38,262 nucleotides of DNA from a bacterium (GCA_021785915.1 JAJYEF010000003.1:1-38262), one strand, 5' to 3'. Numbered from the stretch's first letter, positions 28,406 to 35,200 are shown. The notes: generated by a model from the letters alone, not told the origin. Numbers and translations are program-made.

Positions 28406-28979
28406 CTTTTTTTCCTCTTTCGTCTATGTTTTCGGAATGTTTTTTGTCGGGAGAAATAATAGTAATCAATTTTCTCCCTTCCAAATGCCTTTCCCGTTCT
28501 ACCTTTGATATCTGAGACAGCTCATTTATTACTTTATCCAGAACTTGGTGCCCAAATTCGGGATGTGTAATCTGTCTTCCGCTAAAAAAAACGACGAGCT
28601 TTACTTTATCACCGCTTTGCAAAAATTCTTTTGCTCTTCGGGTCATAACCGTAAGGTCGTTATCGCCCATAAAAGGTCCCAGTCTTACCTCTTTGGTCTC
28701 AGAGACTTTTGCCTTTTTCTTCTCTTCCTTTTTCTTTTTTTCCTCCTGGTACAAAAATTTATTAAAGTCAATAATTTTTGCAACCGGAGGCTTGGCTTGA
28801 GGGGCTATTTCAACCAAGTCTAAACCCTGCTCCTGGGCAAGTTTTAAAGCTTCCGCTTTTGGTAAAACGCCTATTTGCTTTCCCTCGCTGTCCAGCACTC
28901 TTAACTGGAAAGCAAATATATGTGCGTTTGTTCTGTAAAACCTTCTATTGTCGGTTTGTTTCTTATGCCTTTTTATCAA
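28371..28979 (-). CDS. infC: translation initiation factor IF-3 (non-ATG start: TTG 28979 or ATA 28976)
   Basis: GLDLVEIAPQAKPPVAKIIDF, KEVRL, GDKVK, FSGRQ. Confidence 0.95.
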   Translation of the reverse strand: MIKRHKKQTDNRRFYRTNAHIFAFQLRVLDSEGKQIGVLPKAEALKLAQEQGLDLVEIAPQAKPPVAKIIDFNKFLYQEEKKKKEEKKKAKVSETKEVRLGPFMGDNDLTVMTRRAKEFLQSGDKVKLVVFFSGRQITHPEFGHQVLDKVINELSQISKVERERHLEGRKLITIISPDKKHSENIDERGKKDGKEENQKIGS

Positions 28980-30186
28980 TTTCTTGTCTTAATTTTTTAG
29001 TAAGATCCGGCAATTTAAACTTTCCTAAATCTTTTCCGCTTCTAAATCTTACCGAAATGGATTCATCTTCCATTTCTCTTTCGCCTATTATACCTAAATA
29101 TGGGACTTTTTGCAAAGTTGCATCCCTTATTTTTGCACCTAATTTCTCGTTTCTTATATCTACCTCGCTTCTAATGTTTAGCTCAAGCAAGTCCTGGTTA
29201 AGTTTCTCCGCATATGAATTCACAGTTTCAGTTATAGGCAAGAGTATTATTTGAATGGGCGAAAGCCATAAAGGAAATGCGCCTTGAAAATGTTCGGTAA
29301 GAATCCCAATGAATCTTTCGAAGCTTCCAAAAATTGCCCTGTGGATCATGACCGGCCTTTCGAATTTACCTTTTTCGTTTACATACTTAAGGTCGAATGC
29401 CTCCGGCATGTGGAAGTCAAGCTGGACTGTGGCAAGTTGCCATTCTCTGTCGAGGGCGTCTTTTATGTGCAAATCAATCTTTGGTCCGTAAAAAGCACCG
29501 TCGCCTTTTTTGTCTCCTGCTTTAATCCCTTTTTTCTTTAATACGTCTTCCATGTCTTTTTCCGCCTTATCCCACATTTTGTCCGTTCCGGCGCGCTGGT
29601 CGGGGCGTGTAGCAAACCTGAATTCATATTCAAAACCGAAGTTTTTGTAAAAAGCAATCATCATGTCCAAAATCGCCGACACCTCGTCAAAAATCTGATT
29701 TTCCCTTACGTAAAGGTGTGCGTCGTCCATCGTAAGCTGTCTTACCCTTAATAGGCCGTTCACCTCGCCTGATTTTTCGCGCCTGTGGAGTCTTCCAAGC
29801 TCCGCAAGTCTTAACGGCAGCTCCTTGTAGGTTCTTGGTCTAAATCTGTAAAGAATAGTTGATTCGGGACAATTCATGGGTTTAAGAGTGTAGCTTTCAG
29901 GGTGCTGGTCGTTCTCGTCATCTGCAAGTGTCAAATTATACATATTGTGTTCGCCGAACTTAACCCAGTGCCCCGATTCCTTGAATAGTTTAGATTTAAC
30001 CATTATCGGAGTTGAAGTTTCTACATATCCTGCTTTTTCGGTTAATTCCCTTATGTATCTTTCGAGTTCCTTAAAGATCACCATTCCCTTGGGAAGCCAG
30101 AATGGGGCACCCGGCGCGTAATCATGTGTAAAAAATAATTCCAGCTCCTGCCCTATTTGTTTATGGTCTTTCAATTTTTTGTCCAT
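28963..30186 (-). CDS. thrS: threonine--tRNA ligase, short form lacking N1/N2 (editing) domains
   Basis: Starts at DHKQIG; LKPMNCP, GLLRVR, GAFYGPKID, MIHRAIFGSFERF; 407 aa. Confidence 0.97.
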   Translation of the reverse strand: MDKKLKDHKQIGQELELFFTHDYAPGAPFWLPKGMVIFKELERYIRELTEKAGYVETSTPIMVKSKLFKESGHWVKFGEHNMYNLTLADDENDQHPESYTLKPMNCPESTILYRFRPRTYKELPLRLAELGRLHRREKSGEVNGLLRVRQLTMDDAHLYVRENQIFDEVSAILDMMIAFYKNFGFEYEFRFATRPDQRAGTDKMWDKAEKDMEDVLKKKGIKAGDKKGDGAFYGPKIDLHIKDALDREWQLATVQLDFHMPEAFDLKYVNEKGKFERPVMIHRAIFGSFERFIGILTEHFQGAFPLWLSPIQIILLPITETVNSYAEKLNQDLLELNIRSEVDIRNEKLGAKIRDATLQKVPYLGIIGEREMEDESISVRFRSGKDLGKFKLPDLTKKLRQEIDKKA

Positions 30187-30224
30187 GTGGAGATTTTACC
30201 AGATTTAAAGCCTAATTTGAACAT

Positions 30225-30485
30225 CTATTTGGTGAGTAAATTAGGATTTTTAGTAAGAATAAATTCTATTACCCCTGCAACAAAATTGCCTACGTAGGGA
30301 ATAAGATTTACGTTCTTTAATATGAATCCAAGTATGGCGACAATCAAAGCTAAGCCGACCGTTACTCCGAGTGCCCAGGCGATACCTCCTAAAAAGTTAT
30401 TAAATAAAATTTGTTTTTTTGATCTTAAAACCAGTTCTTCCCTTTCCACATTTTTAGCATATGGGTAATTGACCGTTTTTGTCAA
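30225..30485 (-). CDS. small membrane protein, DUF5665-like
   Basis: NFLGGIAWALGVTVG...IPYVG pattern. Confidence 0.65.
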   Translation of the reverse strand: MTKTVNYPYAKNVEREELVLRSKKQILFNNFLGGIAWALGVTVGLALIVAILGFILKNVNLIPYVGNFVAGVIEFILTKNPNLLTK

Positions 30486-31066
30486 GCAAGTCCTAGTTCC
30501 GGAGCTATGTTTTGCATAGACGATAGTACAATTTCTATAAAATCATCCAACTTTATGCCAAGGCTTTTTTCGCATAACTTAATTTGATTTCTGTCAGCTC
30601 CTTTTGCAAACGATTTTTCGTTGTACCTTTTTTTTACAAAGTCAACGTCGACCATTGAAAGTTTTTTTTCAGGATGAACAAGGGTCGCCGCAATTATAAG
30701 GCCCGTCAGCTCGTCGCATGTATAAATAGCCCAATCAAGATTTGATAAAGGATTTGCCTTGCTAAATTTATAATTATGAGCCTTAATAGCATACATTAAT
30801 TCCGGAGGAAGTTCTTTGCCGATTTTTTGCTCCAAGACAAGCGTATGTTTTTCGGGATGGCCTTTTGTAAGTTCGTAATCAGCATCATGAAGAAGACCCA
30901 CAATTCCCCAATCTTTTTCCTCTTGTTCGTCAATAAGTTTTTTATCTCTTCTTTGAATATATTCGTAAATTGCCTTCATTGCGGCTTCGCAAGCCAAGTG
31001 GTGTTTTATCAGGTTTTCGTTAGAAATTAACGTTGTTAAAGTTTGGTACGCCTGGTCTCTGGTCAT
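30482..31066 (-). CDS. HD-domain phosphohydrolase
   Basis: LIKHHLACEAAM, GLLHDADYE, DELTGLI, FAKGADR. Confidence 0.88.
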   Translation of the reverse strand: MTRDQAYQTLTTLISNENLIKHHLACEAAMKAIYEYIQRRDKKLIDEQEEKDWGIVGLLHDADYELTKGHPEKHTLVLEQKIGKELPPELMYAIKAHNYKFSKANPLSNLDWAIYTCDELTGLIIAATLVHPEKKLSMVDVDFVKKRYNEKSFAKGADRNQIKLCEKSLGIKLDDFIEIVLSSMQNIAPELGLA

Positions 31067-31070
31067 AAAT

Positions 31071-31463
31071 TCACTCCTCCTTTATATAATTTACCACAAT
31101 TTCTCTTTCCCGTGGACCGCTAAATTCAAAGAGTACTATTTTCTGCCATGTTCCTAGTGTTAGCGCTCCGGATTTTACGGGAATACTAAGGTCCGTTCCT
31201 ATAATCGTTGAAAGAAGATGATCGTTAAAATGCGAAGGGTCATGAGGGTGTGCATAAGTCAAAGGAGGGGCTATTTTTTCAAATGCTTTCATATAATCTT
31301 CCTCTGCCCCAGGGTCAAGGTCGGCTGTTGCAATGGCGCAGGTCGTATGCCTGACAAATACCTGCAGTATTCCATTTTCATGTTCTTGCGCAACAGCCGA
31401 TAATAAATGAGTAATGTCAATAACCTGTTTATTCTTTTCGGTAGTGACTTTAATGGTAACCAT
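31071..31463 (-). CDS. yjbQ: YjbQ/UPF0047 family protein
   Basis: HTTCAI, LGTWQKIVLFEFSGPR. Confidence 0.9.
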   Translation of the reverse strand: MVTIKVTTEKNKQVIDITHLLSAVAQEHENGILQVFVRHTTCAIATADLDPGAEEDYMKAFEKIAPPLTYAHPHDPSHFNDHLLSTIIGTDLSIPVKSGALTLGTWQKIVLFEFSGPREREIVVNYIKEE

Positions 31464-31503
31464 ATAAGAATTTTACCAAAACAAACAGGTTTTATAAATG
31501 AGG

Positions 31504-31713
31504 TTATAGACCAAATCTCCAAGCTTCGTGAGCCGGCCCTTCTGTAAGATTTAGTCCTTCGTAACGAGGGTGTTCGGAGCCAAGATGGTTTTGCTGTTCT
31601 CCAGTGCTTTGTGACTCGTCTTCTTTTTTAGACGATGAAGTCATAGCGCTTAACGCGCGAAGAGCATGTTCAACCTTTGCTCCCTGGTTTACACCAGAAA
31701 GTTTTTCTCTCAT
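31504..31713 (-). CDS. hypothetical protein behind attenuator 1
   Basis: 69 aa; perfect SD AAAAGGAGGTGA just upstream of ATG. Confidence 0.7.
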   Translation of the reverse strand: MREKLSGVNQGAKVEHALRALSAMTSSSKKEDESQSTGEQQNHLGSEHPRYEGLNLTEGPAHEAWRFGL

Positions 31714-31740
31714 TTAATCACCTCCTTTTAAAAGAGCATT

Positions 31741-31764
31741 AAAAATCTCCCGCTAAAGGGGAGA
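31741..31764 (-). terminator. intrinsic terminator (3:4 hairpin) of attenuator 1
   Basis: mRNA UCUCCC CUUUAGC GGGAGA UUUUU. Confidence 0.75.
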
Positions 31765-31784
31765 ATTATATATGTCTCCCACAA

Positions 31785-31841
31785 TCAAATTCCCTTAATA
31801 AGGGTAATTTTGTTGATTTGGAAGACTTCTAAGTTATCCAT
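31785..31841 (-). CDS. putative leader peptide MDNLEVFQINKITLIKGI (attenuator 1)
   Basis: Translated by hand; overlaps the 1:2 hairpin; stop lies just before segment 2. Confidence 0.6.
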   Translation of the reverse strand: MDNLEVFQINKITLIKGI

Positions 31842-31854
31842 AATGTATTTTCCT

Positions 31855-31931
31855 TGGTGGATCCGAGAGGATTCGAACCTCTGACCTTTGCAATGTCAAT
31901 GCAACGCTCTAACCAACTGAGCTACGAATCC
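31855..31931 (-). tRNA. tRNA-Val(GAC), CCA encoded
   Basis: GGATTCGTAGCTCAGTTGGTTAGAGC; anticodon arm TTGCA-TT GAC AT-TGCAA; GTTCGAATC; ACCA. Confidence 0.95.
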
Positions 31932-31994
31932 TAATACCTGTCTGAATCTAAGACAGGTATAATTTTATCAGAATAAATTCCTCAATACAATTTT

Positions 31995-32222
31995 CTAAAG
32001 ACTGTATTGTCGTCTCTCAAAAATAATTGATACTTTCTCTGCCTCTTCAGGTGGAGGGACAAATAATGTATCTTTTCCCCCGTTGACTGTAATAGGGACA
32101 ACTTTTATCTCTATTCGCTGGCCGTTATAAGCTTTTGCGTCAATCTTCGTATCGGCGTGAACTCCACTTCTAAAGAGTCCGGCTTTTTCAAGCAAGGACC
32201 AGCCGCTACTTTTTTCTTTCAT
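31995..32222 (-). CDS. hypothetical protein
   Basis: 75 aa, third gene of a tightly spaced operon. Confidence 0.6.
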   Translation of the reverse strand: MKEKSSGWSLLEKAGLFRSGVHADTKIDAKAYNGQRIEIKVVPITVNGGKDTLFVPPPEEAEKVSIIFERRQYSL

Positions 32223-32227
32223 AATGT

Positions 32228-32461
32228 TTATGAATTCTTTTGACCTTCATTAAATACTTCAATAGGTTGACTTTGTCCTGTAAATTTTTCAGCAGATGGA
32301 TTTAAATATCCTGATTGAAAAGCACGTAAAGCAGATTCGACTTGTGCTTGATCCGGTTCAACTCCTATTCTACTCGCTTGAAAGAAATCTTCTGAAGTCG
32401 GATACTCTCCTTTGTTTGGTACTTTTCCTCTTCTCCCTACTTCTACACTATAATAGGCCAT
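32228..32461 (-). CDS. hypothetical protein
   Basis: 77 aa; SD AAAAGGAGGTGA formed by the last codons and stop of the upstream ORF. Confidence 0.7.
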   Translation of the reverse strand: MAYYSVEVGRRGKVPNKGEYPTSEDFFQASRIGVEPDQAQVESALRAFQSGYLNPSAEKFTGQSQPIEVFNEGQKNS

Positions 32462-32468
32462 ATATTTT

Positions 32469-32699
32469 TCACCTCCTTTTATTTAATTCTCCATACCATA
32501 ATTCTCGTGTTCTTTCGGCATCTTTTTGGCAATTGATACATCTGCAAATTTGAGCCCTTTTTTCTGCTGTAGCAATTTCCCGATTGGCTCTGGAGTTGTA
32601 GATTGTTAAAGCTTCTCTAATTGCAAGAGGAACCACTTCGTCTACAATTGGATCGGATAATTGCGAATCGGTCAGTTGTTTTTCTATTATTTCTTTCAT
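32469..32699 (-). CDS. hypothetical protein with CRCINC motif behind attenuator 2
   Basis: ATG 32699 with GGAG 6 nt upstream. Confidence 0.65.
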   Translation of the reverse strand: MKEIIEKQLTDSQLSDPIVDEVVPLAIREALTIYNSRANREIATAEKRAQICRCINCQKDAERTRELWYGELNKRR

Positions 32700-32709
32700 A
32701 GATAACTCC

Positions 32710-32737
32710 AAAAAAAATCTCCCTTGTTTGGGAGATT
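32710..32737 (-). terminator. intrinsic terminator (3:4 hairpin) of attenuator 2
   Basis: mRNA AAUCUCCC AAACAA GGGAGAUUUUUUUU. Confidence 0.8.
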
Positions 32738-32785
32738 GTTCTTTTGTTTAAAATTTTGTTTTATTACATCTTTTCTCCCAAACAA

Positions 32786-32839
32786 TTACGCCTCCATAAG
32801 GAGGTTAATAATCGTTTGGAAAAGAAAAGATCTTTTCAT
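32786..32839 (-). CDS. putative leader peptide MKRSFLFQTIINLLMEA (attenuator 2)
   Basis: Translated by hand; 11 nt after the -10 box; stop lies just before segment 2. Confidence 0.65.
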   Translation of the reverse strand: MKRSFLFQTIINLLMEA

Positions 32840-32850
32840 ACTATAAAAAA

Positions 32851-32879
32851 ATTCTACAAAAGGTATCATTCCCTGTCAA
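32851..32879 (-). promoter_or_regulatory. promoter TTGACA-17-TAGAAT of attenuator 2
   Basis: Minus strand: TTGACA gggaatgataccttttg TAGAAT. Confidence 0.8.
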
Positions 32880-32887
32880 GAGGCAAA

Positions 32888-33415
32888 TTACCTTCTTTTT
32901 CTCGAATTCCACGATTTTGGAGCCTCATATTGTCCCTCGACCCTGAATTGATTCTCGATTTTATCGGCATCTTTTTTTCTTCCGCGCGCATCCTGGATAA
33001 TCGCAGGAACTCCCTCAAAAATGCCCCTGTGGCAGTATAGCCTTAAGCTGTTGTCATCATAAGGGTTGCCTATTATAAATATATGTATATCGGGTTTTCC
33101 CTCTGTTCTTGAAGCTAAAACCGCGCTGCTTCCGGTTATTGCACCGTCTAAGGAAAACTGGGTAGTTAGTTGTTGCCATACGCTGTCTATTTTTTCACTT
33201 TCGTTTTTTGATAATCTACCTGCTATCTCCGTAAACGAAGACCTGCTGCCAAGAGTTGAGGCAACGAATAGCGGTCTACCATGATCGGGAAACGGAGCAA
33301 AGGTTACGGGATGTCTTTCTCCTTTTCTTATGCTTGCGCACGGAACGATAGTTGCATCCGCACTTATCGTAACGTTAGGATGCCTAAATCTTTCTTCTAA
33401 ATATTTTTCTGTCAT
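32888..33415 (-). CDS. hypothetical protein behind attenuator 3 (C-terminus weakly RelE-like)
   Basis: ATG 33415 with SD GGAGGTGA 5 nt upstream; 175 aa. Confidence 0.7.
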   Translation of the reverse strand: MTEKYLEERFRHPNVTISADATIVPCASIRKGERHPVTFAPFPDHGRPLFVASTLGSRSSFTEIAGRLSKNESEKIDSVWQQLTTQFSLDGAITGSSAVLASRTEGKPDIHIFIIGNPYDDNSLRLYCHRGIFEGVPAIIQDARGRKKDADKIENQFRVEGQYEAPKSWNSRKRR

Positions 33416-33435
33416 ATTTATCACCTCCAGTCCAT

Positions 33436-33460
33436 AAAAAAACCTCCCGCTTGGGAGGCT
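33436..33460 (-). terminator. intrinsic terminator (3:4 hairpin) of attenuator 3
   Basis: mRNA AGCCUCCC AAGC GGGAGGUUUUUUU. Confidence 0.8.
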
Positions 33461-33482
33461 TTAAGGCGCATTTAATTAAAAG

Positions 33483-33545
33483 CTACGCCAAGAAACCTCC
33501 CCTTAAGGAGATCTTGATAAGCTTCTTAATAAAAATTAATTTCAT
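33483..33545 (-). CDS. putative leader peptide MKLIFIKKLIKISLRGGFLA (attenuator 3)
   Basis: Translated by hand; 6 nt after TTGACA-17-AAAAAT (33552-33580). Confidence 0.65.
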   Translation of the reverse strand: MKLIFIKKLIKISLRGGFLA

Positions 33546-33588
33546 AAAATTATTTTTTCAAAACTTATAATTTATGTCAACAACCAAA

Positions 33589-34266
33589 TTATCCGACTTG
33601 GGTTGCAACATTTCGTTCGCCCGACAAAGTAAAGCTCGTCCCGTAAGCTTTCGCAGATGGCCAATAGCCCTTTTTATGAGTTTTTGCAGAAATTACCGTA
33701 AGCCAGCTCGTTGAATCTTCGATTTTTATTCGCGCACTTTGAAGCGTTACCAAAAGCCATTCGAAAAAGTTTAGGTGGTACTTGCCGGCGTTAGGGATGA
33801 TGTTTTCGATAGTTACGTCCTTTACGATCACCTCAAGCTCTGTCGAGCTCTTCGCAAGTTTTGCAATTTCCACTCTTACTTCTTCGATTTTTTGGCTTAG
33901 CTCCCTTTGTTCCTGCGAGGAAGCGCGTTCGGTGGCATTAATGATTTCGGAAAAATAGTCTATTGCGGGTTCTATTTCGGCCATTCTTTCCGATTTGCCG
34001 AGCACAATTTCCTCGCCTTCCTGCATCTCAATGAAATCATTTTGACCGACAGGACCTTCGTTGGAAGTGTGTTTTATGTCCTCTTTTTTAGCTTGCTTGC
34101 TTGCGCCCAAGAGTTGGTTCCAGAGGGCATTGACTTCAAGCTGGGCTTCGTCTTGCAATGCTTTCCTGGTCGCATCCAATGCAACAGATCCCGTATCCCT
34201 AAGTGCCTCCACAGGATTTCTGTCAAAATTTTTTATCCTATTTTTCTGGGTTTTTGTTTTATCCAT
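33589..34266 (-). CDS. DUF5660-like CPR protein
   Basis: GKYHLNFFEWL...IEDSTSWL...GYW...GTSFTLSGERNVATQVG; SD AGGAGG. Confidence 0.7.
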   Translation of the reverse strand: MDKTKTQKNRIKNFDRNPVEALRDTGSVALDATRKALQDEAQLEVNALWNQLLGASKQAKKEDIKHTSNEGPVGQNDFIEMQEGEEIVLGKSERMAEIEPAIDYFSEIINATERASSQEQRELSQKIEEVRVEIAKLAKSSTELEVIVKDVTIENIIPNAGKYHLNFFEWLLVTLQSARIKIEDSTSWLTVISAKTHKKGYWPSAKAYGTSFTLSGERNVATQVG

Positions 34267-34281
34267 ATTGCCTCCTATATA

Positions 34282-35109
34282 TCACAGGTTCCTCAAGAAA
34301 TCAAGCGTTTTTTGCTGTCGTATAATACTTGCCAATAGGTATCTGTTTGCAGATAGATTTTGTCTCTCGGTTTCATTTTTTGCCTGGGCAATTGCTTCGT
34401 CTATTTCTTTTTCTTCTACCTTAATGCCTTCGCTTTCCGCGATTTTTTGCAAGATAAATTCAAGTCTTATGTCGGTTTCGGCTTTTACGGCGTATTCTTT
34501 TCTTAAACCGTCGGAAGTCCTGTTCGTTGAAGACAAATACTGGTCCAAAGTAAGCCCGAGTCTTTTTACTTCGTCCAGAGTCTGGGATAAGAGTCTGTCA
34601 ACCTCCTGATCTATTATAATTTGCGGAATACGCACTTTTGAGTTTGACAGAAGTTCCTTAGAAATAGCTTCGAAACTTACGGGTTGAGGCTCCTTTCCGG
34701 GAACGACAATTTTTGAAGCCGCAGTAACTTTTTTTACCGCGTCTTTGTAATTTCCAAGCTCAACATTTGGCGCTTCCGCCGTTAGTGCCTTGAATATCCA
34801 GTCTTTTCCGTCTTCAAGTTTCTCTACATGGATTTTGGGACTAAGTACAGGGTTTAAATTATGGGTTTTTACTGCTTCGACATACCCCTGGGGAAGTAAT
34901 TTTCTTAGTATATCCTCCCTCAAGTGGTCCTTGTCCAAAGAACTTTCAACGATATCTTTTGGGGCCATTCCTTTTCTGAATCCCGGCATCTGGGTATCTT
35001 TTCGGTGTTCTTCGATTACCTCATCTTTGGTTTTTTCAACGAGGTTCCACGGCAGAGTAACTGTTAATTCTATTGTCCCGTCTTCCTGTTTTTGTATTGC
35101 TGTAGTCAT
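34282..35109 (-). CDS. tig: trigger factor lacking the FKBP PPIase domain
   Basis: PGFRKGMAP signature, N domain joined directly to C domain (IPQIIIDQEVDR); ATG 35109 (the longer ORF runs into the tRNA). Confidence 0.9.
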   Translation of the reverse strand: MTTAIQKQEDGTIELTVTLPWNLVEKTKDEVIEEHRKDTQMPGFRKGMAPKDIVESSLDKDHLREDILRKLLPQGYVEAVKTHNLNPVLSPKIHVEKLEDGKDWIFKALTAEAPNVELGNYKDAVKKVTAASKIVVPGKEPQPVSFEAISKELLSNSKVRIPQIIIDQEVDRLLSQTLDEVKRLGLTLDQYLSSTNRTSDGLRKEYAVKAETDIRLEFILQKIAESEGIKVEEKEIDEAIAQAKNETERQNLSANRYLLASIIRQQKTLDFLRNL

Positions 35110-35117
35110 GGTTTTTG

Positions 35118-35200
35118 TGCGGACGAAGGGATTTGAACCCCCACAGCCTTGCGGCCACAAGGTCCTAAACCTTGCGTGTCTACCGTTCCACCACGTCCGC
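35118..35200 (-). tRNA. tRNA-Leu(TAG), CCA not encoded
   Basis: GCGGACGTGGTGGAACGGTAGACAC; CAAGG-TT TAG GA-CCTTG; long variable arm; GTTCAAATC. Confidence 0.95.

Noticed and set aside
21857-30224. T-box riboswitches before tyrS, pheS or thrS
   Set aside because: Upstream gaps are only about 40-70 nt, with the -10 box adjacent to the ATG
32744-33040. 98-aa + strand ORF across attenuator 2
   Set aside because: TTG start, antisense to an SD-led gene and to a clear minus-strand promoter and leader; likely a shadow ORF
31785-33545. Leader ORFs as type I toxins (Ibs/Fst-like)
   Set aside because: Peptides are not uniformly hydrophobic TM helices, no antisense promoter was recognised, and the 2:3 versus 3:4 geometry fits attenuation better; not fully excluded
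35110-35160. N-terminal extension of tig (and likewise 37172-37216 for ybhB)
   Set aside because: Extensions are read through tRNA genes; the downstream ATGs give normal proteins
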